The position numbers and the translations under genes were made by a program. Positions 57,741 through 64,000 of a DNA stretch of 64,000 nt are shown here, piece after piece. Under the pieces are notes generated by a model. It saw only the letters and a program-made list of their open reading frames with translations, was not told the origin of the DNA and ran no database searches. Each line of letters begins with the position of its first letter. Within the stretch, counting starts at the first letter, position 1. Source of the stretch: Candidatus Latescibacterota bacterium (lineage in GTDB: Bacteria > Latescibacterota > UBA2968); assembly GCA_965208125.1 (NCBI GenBank), contig OZ242320.1, positions 2,752,001-2,816,000 on the forward strand, in the 5' to 3' direction.

Positions 57741-57785
57741 AACCGCCTGCATTGGTTTTTATTACCAATGTCAGGCGGTTTTTTT
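57741..57785 (+). terminator. Intrinsic terminator of the TBDR-PorV cassette
   Basis: AACCGCCTG-CATTGGT...ACCAATG-t-CAGGCGGTT followed by a T run. Confidence 0.85.
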
Positions 57786-57841
57786 CTTCTTTGAAAATCC
57801 TATTTATATAAAAAACAATAAGATAGGGTCTGAAGAGTGTT

Positions 57842-57858
57842 TTGGCACAGATATTGCA
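57842..57858 (+). promoter_or_regulatory. sigma54 (-24/-12) promoter of pspA
   Basis: TTGGCACAGATATTGCA matches TGGCAC-N5-TTGCA, about 50 bp upstream of pspA. Confidence 0.85.
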
Positions 57859-57910
57859 AAGAGATAGATGTGAATTTGATCGATAACCAATAACCAGAAG
57901 GAGATATACC

Positions 57911-58579
57911 ATGGGTGCCTTTTCAAGGATAAGCAATGTGGTTCGCGCTGAGGTTGACGATGTTCTGAATAAGATAGAGGATCCAAAGAAGATGGTGCGG
58001 CAGATGGTGCGGGATATGGAGGACGCGCTGGATGATGCGGTGGTTGCTGTGGCACAGGCGATGGCCAGTGAGAAGTTGCTGGCGCGTCGGATTGCACAGA
58101 AGCGGGAAGAGTCGGCTTTGTGGGCGCGCAAGGCAGAGGATGCTATGGATGCTGGTGAAGAGGAACTGGCGCGCAAAGCACTATTTCAGAAGGTGGCGGT
58201 TGATGAAGCGGTCAATACCCTGCAAAAAGCGCGGGGGGAAGCGGAAGAGGTGACGGCGACCCTGAAGCAGCGACTCGCAGAACTGAAGGCCAAATTGGCG
58301 TCTGCCCGCGCACGGCAGAGCACGCTGGCGATTCGCAGACAGGTGGTGCAGGAGGTGCGACAGGATGCGCGTGTAGAAGCTTATGATCGGTTTGTTCGGG
58401 ATGTGGCGCGCGAGGAAGCGACTGCTGAAGTCTATGCCGAGATGGTGGATGATGCACAGTTGCAAGAAGAGTTTGATCAACTGGAACGAAAGCAGCGCGT
58501 TGAAGCCGAGATGCAGGTGTTGAAGGAGAAAGTGAAACAAAGTGCGCGCCAGAATGATGAATCTGAAGAGGAGAAGTAA
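57911..58579 (+). CDS. pspA: PspA/IM30 family protein
   Basis: MGAFSRISNVVRAEV..KIEDPKKM, GEEELARKAL, coiled coil. Confidence 0.9.
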   Translation: MGAFSRISNVVRAEVDDVLNKIEDPKKMVRQMVRDMEDALDDAVVAVAQAMASEKLLARRIAQKREESALWARKAEDAMDAGEEELARKALFQKVAVDEAVNTLQKARGEAEEVTATLKQRLAELKAKLASARARQSTLAIRRQVVQEVRQDARVEAYDRFVRDVAREEATAEVYAEMVDDAQLQEEFDQLERKQRVEAEMQVLKEKVKQSARQNDESEEEK

Positions 58580-58581
58580 TT

Positions 58582-58770
58582 ATGTTCGCAAAATTATTCG
58601 GCATTGCCTTGCTGGTCGTCGGTGGGTTTGTTGCTTTTTGCTTGCTGATGGCTCTCGTTGGAACAGTTTTGAGTATTTTGATTTTTGCGTTGAAGGTGGC
58701 AATTCCCATTTTGCTGGTGTATCTGGGATATCGGTTGATCACGAGAGATAGACACCAGGTTACGTATTGA
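58582..58770 (+). CDS. Small two-TM membrane protein, probable PspA partner
   Basis: 62 aa, hydrophobic, starts 2 bp after the pspA stop, SD GAGGAG. Confidence 0.75.
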   Translation: MFAKLFGIALLVVGGFVAFCLLMALVGTVLSILIFALKVAIPILLVYLGYRLITRDRHQVTY

Positions 58771-58787
58771 ATGGTTGGCTGACTGCC

Positions 58788-58860
58788 GGGACGGCACAGG
58801 GGCCGTCCCCTACATAGACACGATCATTGCATGTAGGGGCGACCACAGGGGGTCGCCCGC
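58788..58860. repeat. Inverted doublet of GTAG-type REP-like palindromes
   Basis: GGGACGGC-acaggg-GCCGTCCCCTAC ... GTAGGGGCGACC-acaggg-GGTCGCCC. Confidence 0.75.
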
Positions 58861-58877
58861 TGCACGCGAATGAATAG

Positions 58878-58911
58878 AAGCCCTGGGCGTTGGATGACGT
58901 CCAGGGCTTTT
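58878..58911 (+). terminator. Terminator hairpin after the psp operon
   Basis: AAGCCCTGG...CCAGGGCTTTT. Confidence 0.65.
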
Positions 58912-58974
58912 GTGTACAAACGCTTGACAGAGAGACATATTGCAGATTATTTTTTTCACTCAGTGGAGTGGTTT

Positions 58975-59118
58975 ATGATCGCTTATCTAAAAAAAATGAA
59001 AAATCGAACATACGAAATTCTCGAAGTCGCTGATCTTACCCGCCGCATTAAAAAGGAATTGTCCAGGCGCAAGCTCATTCCGTCTGATGTGCGTTTTACC
59101 GATGTTGTTGATGATTGA
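58975..59118 (+). pseudogene. 47-aa ORF, possible deletion remnant of an ion-transporter gene
   Basis: TTGACA at 58924 and SD GGAG upstream; KNRTYEILEVA recalls K+ channel N-termini; overlaps the start of the next gene. Confidence 0.3.
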
Positions 59119-61106
59119 TAAGGTGGCTTGTATTGGAAAATTTTTTTTTCAAACTACGATCGCGAACTACTGACCCGTTTGCGCGATTGAAAAATTATCT
59201 GAAATTTCGCGTTGAGCGATTGTTGTTGAGCGGAGCACATTCTCGATTGCTATTTATCGCGTCCTTAATTGGCATTGTCGCTGTTGGTGGGGGGTTGCTG
59301 GTGCAAGAAACGGATGCGCCTTTTGATGATAGCGAAACAGCTATCTGGTGGGCATTTTTGCGTTTGACCGATCCGGGTTATTTGGGGGATGACGAAGGGC
59401 TTGCCCGCCGCGTGATTTCAACGGTGGTAACGGTGCTTGGGTACGTGCTTTTTATGGGGTCGTTGATCGCGATTATGACGCAGTGGCTCAATCAGACAAT
59501 TCGCGATTTTGAGCGCGGGCTTACGCCCATTGTGCGTCGCAATCACATTTTGATTTTGGGATGGACCAATCGCACGTCTGAAATTGTCAGCGAGTTGATG
59601 CGCGCCGAAGGTCGCGTGCGCCGGTTTTTACAACTGCTCGGTGCGCGCGGATTACATGTGGTGATTCTTTCCGAAGACGTGAGTTTAGAGCGCACAATGG
59701 AATTGCGGAGAGCACTGGGTCCTTTGTGGAATCCTAAGAAGATTACATTTCGGTCGGGGATACCCCTGCGGATAGAACATCTGGAGCGCGTGGATTTCCA
59801 AAACGCGGGTGCCATTATTTTGCCCGGTGCTGATTTTGCTTATGGCAGTGCGGATGAATCGGATACGCGTATCATAAAAACACTGTTGTCGATATCGACT
59901 CAGCGGGAAAAAGAAGATGAGATAGAAGTTCTGCCTTTGCTGGTGACAGAAATTTTCGATTCCGACAAAGTGTTTATGGCAAAGAGAGCCTATCGGGGTA
60001 TTTTAGAGATTTTGGCGAGTGATCTTTTTATTACGCGATGTATGGCGCAAAATGTGCGTCATCCGGGATTGTCACAGGTGTTCCACGATATCTTGTCGCA
60101 CGGGGTTGGCAATGAGGTCTATGTGCGAATGTGCGAGGAGTTTATAGGTTTTCGTTTTGGCGATCTATCAGCTGCGTATCCCAAAGCGATTTTGCTGGGC
60201 GTGGTGCGTCCTCAAGGTGAAACATTTTGCCCCCTGCTCAATCCACCCGGGGATCTGATTTTGGAATCAGAAGACCGTCTGGTCTTTTTGGCAGAAGGAT
60301 ACGAGGATTGTGAACCTCTGAGAAATTATCAGTTAGAACGTGTATCGCGTAAATTTCAAGAGGTGCCCCATGTGACGGAAAAAGGCAAACGACGCATCTT
60401 AATTTTAGGATGGAATCACAAAGCTGCGGTTTTGCTTAAAGAATTCGGCAGGCAAATGCGCGAACAATTTGAGATCGCGGTTTTGTCTCTTATACCCCCG
60501 GCACAAAGAGAAGCTGAAGTGGCGCAAAAAGGTATTGACCCGCGCCGAGTCGTTGTCACCCATCGCGAAGGCGACCCCACTTCTCTATCAGATTTAAGAG
60601 AAATGGATCCAGGTGGGTATGACAATGTGGTGATTTTGGGCAGTGACTGGGTAGAGACACAGGAAGAGTCAGATGCGCGGACGATTGTGGGACATCTGGT
60701 GCTGAGGAATGTGCTGGATGAGAGCACGCATGAACCAGAAATTCTGGTTGATTTGATGGATTCCGAAAATGTGGCGCTATTTGAAGATTACGATACAGAG
60801 GTTCTGGTTACGCCAATGATCGCAAGCCATGTGCTGGCACAGGTTGCGTTGCGTCGGGAGATCAATGTCGTTTATGAAGAGTTATTTGCCGCCGGTGGTG
60901 CAGAAATTTTCTTTCGCCGGGTTTCAGATTACGGCATAGCAGGTAAAAATGTGAACTTTGGAGAAATAAAAGAGATGTCGGCCTGGCGGGGCGAAATCGC
61001 GCTGGGTATTCGCCAAAACGGCGGGGTTGCGCTCAATCCGACGCCTGATGAGCCATGTGTGCTAAGTGAATCGGATGATCTTATTGTATTGGTTCGGGAG
61101 GATTAA
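59115..61106 (+). CDS. CASTOR/POLLUX/DMI1-like ion channel (2 TM + tandem RCK)
   Basis: WWAFLRLTDPGYLGDD pore region, NHILILGW twice, SDTRIIKTLL / SDARTI. Confidence 0.85.
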   Translation: MIRWLVLENFFFKLRSRTTDPFARLKNYLKFRVERLLLSGAHSRLLFIASLIGIVAVGGGLLVQETDAPFDDSETAIWWAFLRLTDPGYLGDDEGLARRVISTVVTVLGYVLFMGSLIAIMTQWLNQTIRDFERGLTPIVRRNHILILGWTNRTSEIVSELMRAEGRVRRFLQLLGARGLHVVILSEDVSLERTMELRRALGPLWNPKKITFRSGIPLRIEHLERVDFQNAGAIILPGADFAYGSADESDTRIIKTLLSISTQREKEDEIEVLPLLVTEIFDSDKVFMAKRAYRGILEILASDLFITRCMAQNVRHPGLSQVFHDILSHGVGNEVYVRMCEEFIGFRFGDLSAAYPKAILLGVVRPQGETFCPLLNPPGDLILESEDRLVFLAEGYEDCEPLRNYQLERVSRKFQEVPHVTEKGKRRILILGWNHKAAVLLKEFGRQMREQFEIAVLSLIPPAQREAEVAQKGIDPRRVVVTHREGDPTSLSDLREMDPGGYDNVVILGSDWVETQEESDARTIVGHLVLRNVLDESTHEPEILVDLMDSENVALFEDYDTEVLVTPMIASHVLAQVALRREINVVYEELFAAGGAEIFFRRVSDYGIAGKNVNFGEIKEMSAWRGEIALGIRQNGGVALNPTPDEPCVLSESDDLIVLVRED

Positions 61107-61108
61107 GT

Positions 61109-61996
61109 ATGAATCCCTGGGATAATTTACGCACGGTAATTGAGGAACCAATCGTTTCTTTCGGCGAAATAGAAATAACGCCAGCTATTTTGCTGACGGC
61201 TACGCTGATTATCCTTATTGCGTATGGTATATCGCGGTTGTTGCAGCGGATGTTGCGGCGTGGCGTATTTGAACGGCTACGCTTAAACGAGGGTTCGCAG
61301 TCAGCTATATGTCGCCTATTGCACATTGTTATTATGTGCATCGGCGTATTTATCGCCATAGAATATACCGGGATTAATCTGACGACATTGGCTGCGGTCA
61401 GTGCGGTATTGCTGGTGGGGATTGGTCTGGGGTTGCAAACTATTACCCACAATTTTATCAGCGGACTCATTATGTTATTTGAGCGCCCCGTGCAGGAGGG
61501 AGATTTTGTGGAGGTGGGCGGCGTGCAAGGTAGTGTGCAGGCGGTCAATGCATATAGCACGAAAGTCGAGACCCTGGATAATGTGACGATTATTGTGCCC
61601 AATTCAAAATTTCTATCTGAAAATGTCACAAACTGGAGCTTTCAAGAGTCAAAAGTGCGTATTCATGTGTCTGTGGGGGTGTCCTACGGTTCCGATGTGG
61701 AACTGGTCGCGAAGACGTTGTTGGAGGTGGGACGGGCGCATCCAGAGGTTTTGTCCAATCCCGAGCCGCAGATGCAGTTTCTGGGCTTTGGCGATAGTTC
61801 GCTGAATTTTGATTTGCTGGTGTGGATTGAGGATCCGACCCGTCAGTATTTTGTGATTAGCGATTTGAATTTTGCAATCGTCCAGGCATTTCGAGAGCGG
61901 GATATCGAGATTCCATTTCCGCAGCGGGATTTACACGTGCGAAGTGCCGTGCCCATGCATTTGCCGACATCATCTGAAAATGAGCGGGAAGAATAA
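61109..61996 (+). CDS. Small-conductance mechanosensitive channel (MscS family)
   Basis: GIGLGLQ..NFISG..LFERP..GD, IIVPNS, NWS, VGVSYGSD, FGDSSL, IEIPFPQRD. Confidence 0.95.
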   Translation: MNPWDNLRTVIEEPIVSFGEIEITPAILLTATLIILIAYGISRLLQRMLRRGVFERLRLNEGSQSAICRLLHIVIMCIGVFIAIEYTGINLTTLAAVSAVLLVGIGLGLQTITHNFISGLIMLFERPVQEGDFVEVGGVQGSVQAVNAYSTKVETLDNVTIIVPNSKFLSENVTNWSFQESKVRIHVSVGVSYGSDVELVAKTLLEVGRAHPEVLSNPEPQMQFLGFGDSSLNFDLLVWIEDPTRQYFVISDLNFAIVQAFRERDIEIPFPQRDLHVRSAVPMHLPTSSENEREE

Positions 61997-63258
61997 TGTC
62001 ATTAGATAGACGACCTGTTGCCGGTGCATTGATGGTGGGATTTGCAGCGAGTTTTTTGTTGTGTGGTTATGAGTTTGTGCGGAGTGTATCCACGTCGTTG
62101 TTCATCGGGGCGTATGGGGCGCACAATTTGCCTTTTGTTATGACGCTGACGCCTCTGGGTACGTTTGGTATGGTTTGGATGTATGGGGTGTTGTTGTCGC
62201 GATTTGGGTCGCGGCAGACTTTGTTTTTGACGTCGGTGCTTTCGGGTGGGGGTATTCTGGCGTGTTATGGGGGGATTTTATCTGGTTTTCATCCAGCGAT
62301 CGGGGTGTTATATGTGCTGCGCGAAGCGTATATTGTGCTGATTATTGAGCAATACTGGTCGTTTATCAATAGCGTCTTGCGCGATGATCAGGGGCGAAAG
62401 TACAATGGTCCGATCTGTGGGATTGCATCGGTGGGTGCGATTTGTGGAGGTTTGATTGTAGGGCAAACGGCGAAGGTGATAGGCAGTGAACATCTGTTGA
62501 TTTTTGCAGGGTTATCGCTTTTGCCAGCAGCGGTTCTGGCGTGGTGGGCTTATGGTTTAGGGGGTGTGCCGGTTCAGGAGCCGGAAAAGCGGGGCAAGCT
62601 GGCATTGGGTTTGTTTCGGGATATTCCGACTTTGCGCTATCTCGCAGGTTTGATTTTTGTGACGCAGATGGTGTCGGCGGTGCTGGATCTGCGGTTCAGT
62701 GGGCTGGTGGAAACGGCTTTGCCGATGCAGGACGAACGCACTGCGTATCTTGGGCATTTTTATGCGTTGTTGAATGCATGTGCATTTGTGTTTCAATTTG
62801 GCGTTGCGCCCTTGTTGCTGCATTTTGTGTCGTTGCGAACCGCACATCTCGGTATTCCGGTGGTTCATCTGATAACGTGTGGGGTGTTGTTGGCATATCC
62901 GACTCTGACTACTGGTGCGTTGGCTTATCTGGTGTTTAAGACGCTGGATTATTCGGTATTTCGGGCGGCAAAAGAGTTGCTCTATATTCCGCTTTCGTTC
63001 GATGCGAGGTACCGGGCAAAAGAAGTGATCGATGCTTTTGGTTATCGCGCGTCAAAGGGGATGACTTCGGGGTTGATCGCTCTGGCGGGGACCATTTCTT
63101 ACAGGGTTTTCAATATTGGACGGTTGCCGGGATCAGTATATCCGCTTGTCGCTTTGGGCGCGCTGGGTGTATGGAGTTGGATCGCGTGGGCAATTACAAG
63201 ATCGGAGGATGATAGGGGCCGGCGACTACGGGTTTCAGAGGAAGTTGCTGATTTTTAG
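61996..63258 (+). CDS. NTT/TLC (Npt1/Npt2-like) nucleotide-transporter-family MFS carrier
   Basis: YEFVRS, EQYWSF, K..DYSVFRAAKELLYIPL..RYRAKEVIDAFGYR. Confidence 0.75.
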   Translation: MSLDRRPVAGALMVGFAASFLLCGYEFVRSVSTSLFIGAYGAHNLPFVMTLTPLGTFGMVWMYGVLLSRFGSRQTLFLTSVLSGGGILACYGGILSGFHPAIGVLYVLREAYIVLIIEQYWSFINSVLRDDQGRKYNGPICGIASVGAICGGLIVGQTAKVIGSEHLLIFAGLSLLPAAVLAWWAYGLGGVPVQEPEKRGKLALGLFRDIPTLRYLAGLIFVTQMVSAVLDLRFSGLVETALPMQDERTAYLGHFYALLNACAFVFQFGVAPLLLHFVSLRTAHLGIPVVHLITCGVLLAYPTLTTGALAYLVFKTLDYSVFRAAKELLYIPLSFDARYRAKEVIDAFGYRASKGMTSGLIALAGTISYRVFNIGRLPGSVYPLVALGALGVWSWIAWAITRSEDDRGRRLRVSEEVADF

Positions 63259-63266
63259 ATGAATGC

Positions 63267-63295
63267 TTGACACAAAATACCAAAACCTCTATTTT
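63267..63295 (+). promoter_or_regulatory. sigma70 promoter of the ileS leader
   Basis: TTGACA-N17-TATTTT. Confidence 0.7.
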
Positions 63296-63325
63296 TAATC
63301 GCGCTGATAGGAAAAGGATAAAAAT

Positions 63326-63463
63326 ATGAACACAACCCGTCAAACATCCCCACAACTGAGAAAGGGTCCTGCCCAGGTGACAGGTTATCTGACACCGGGC
63401 AGTGCCATTGGGGTTATACGTATATATGCCGCGGAGATGCCTGTGGGGTGTTGTTTGTCTTAA
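63326..63463 (+). CDS. Putative ileS leader peptide (45 aa; Ile codons ATT, ATA, ATA clustered near the 3' end)
   Basis: SD AAAGGA; MNTTRQTSPQLRKGPAQVTGYLTPGSAIGVIRIYAAEMPVGCCLS*; overlaps the antiterminator arm. Confidence 0.65.
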   Translation: MNTTRQTSPQLRKGPAQVTGYLTPGSAIGVIRIYAAEMPVGCCLS

Positions 63464-63486
63464 GCTATATACTTTTTGTATGACAC

Positions 63487-63518
63487 ACCGCCAGAGGCGT
63501 TTGCCGTGGCGGTTTTTT
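63487..63518 (+). terminator. Conditional (attenuator) terminator upstream of ileS
   Basis: ACCGCCA-gaGGC-gttt-GCC-g-TGGCGGT followed by T5; mutually exclusive with the 63428-63451 pairing. Confidence 0.8.
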
Positions 63519-63562
63519 GTTGTACGCAGGGATGTTCTTTGAACGACTTCAAGGAGTTTTTA

Positions 63563-64000
63563 ATGTTTAAAAAAGTAGATACAAATGTGAATTTTCCCCA
63601 AGAGGAAGAAAAGGTGCTCGCTTTTTGGGATGAGATCAGGGCATTTGAAAAATCGCTCGAGATCAGAAAGAATAACGATGAATACGTTTTTTACGATGGG
63701 CCGCCTTTTGCGACGGGTCTGCCGCATTACGGACATTTGCTGGCCGGGACGATCAAAGATGTGATCCCGCGCTATCAAACTATGAATGGCAAATACGTAG
63801 ATCGCGTCTTTGGATGGGACTGTCACGGCTTGCCCGTAGAATACGAGCTTAGCCAAGAATTGGGCCTGAATAGCAAAAGCGAGATTGAAGAGTACGGGAT
63901 TGCGGAATACAATGAGGCCTGTCGGGGTATTGTTTTGCGCTATACTGCCGAATGGCGACAATTTGTCAAACGCATTGGGCGCTGGGTCGATTTTGAGAAT
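63563..64000 (+). CDS. ileS: Isoleucine--tRNA ligase, type 2 (partial, runs off window)
   Basis: Manual translation: [57 protein letters not shown]; SD AAGGAG. Confidence 0.96.
   Translation, partial: MFKKVDTNVNFPQEEEKVLAFWDEIRAFEKSLEIRKNNDEYVFYDGPPFATGLPHYGHLLAGTIKDVIPRYQTMNGKYVDRVFGWDCHGLPVEYELSQELGLNSKSEIEEYGIAEYNEACRGIVLRYTAEWRQFVKRIGRWVDFEN

Noticed and set aside
63300-63520. T-box riboswitch upstream of ileS
   Set aside because: No UGGNACC T-box bulge or recognisable Stem I motifs; a uORF-based attenuator explains the structure better.

Overview
Gene-dense bacterial chromosome segment (roughly balanced GC, mostly + strand genes). The gene content suggests an FCB-superphylum organism, possibly Latescibacterota-like; this is an inference from the dockerin-like EF-hand tail, the PorV-family gene and the many sulfatases and PhyH dioxygenases. 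From 5' to 3': partial comEC; truA-htrA-pssA-DUF4321-tatA-gatA-gatB; a catabolic/accessory stretch (4 Cys-type sulfatases, 2 PhyH-family dioxygenases, sugar ABC transporter, MATE, metal transporters, an amidohydrolase-fold/Rieske pair, speD, a 2-phosphoglycerate-kinase-like ATPase); ppk1 divergent from a porin-pstS-pstC-pstA-pstB-phoU operon with 11-bp-periodic Pho-box-like arrays; Nudix-coxD-coxE-xdhC; a cassette of TonB-dependent receptor, T9SS-CTD-like protein and PorV-family barrel, preceded by a rearranged paralog of the CTD protein; sigma54-type pspA; CASTOR/POLLUX-like channel-mscS-NTT-like carrier; and a partial type-2 ileS. No rRNA, tRNA, CRISPR, transposase or integrase was recognised. 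Best candidates for undescribed biology: (1) the TBDR + CTD-cargo + dedicated PorV cassette and its anchor-swapped paralog with hypervariable loops; (2) a leader-peptide transcription attenuator, not a T-box, upstream of ileS; (3) a candidate Pho-box-driven ~55-nt sRNA downstream of phoU with an anti-Shine-Dalgarno seed complementary to the porin and pstS ribosome-binding sites; (4) a probable amidohydrolase-related dimetal oxygenase with its Rieske ferredoxin. All calls are from reading the sequence by eye; no searches were run.
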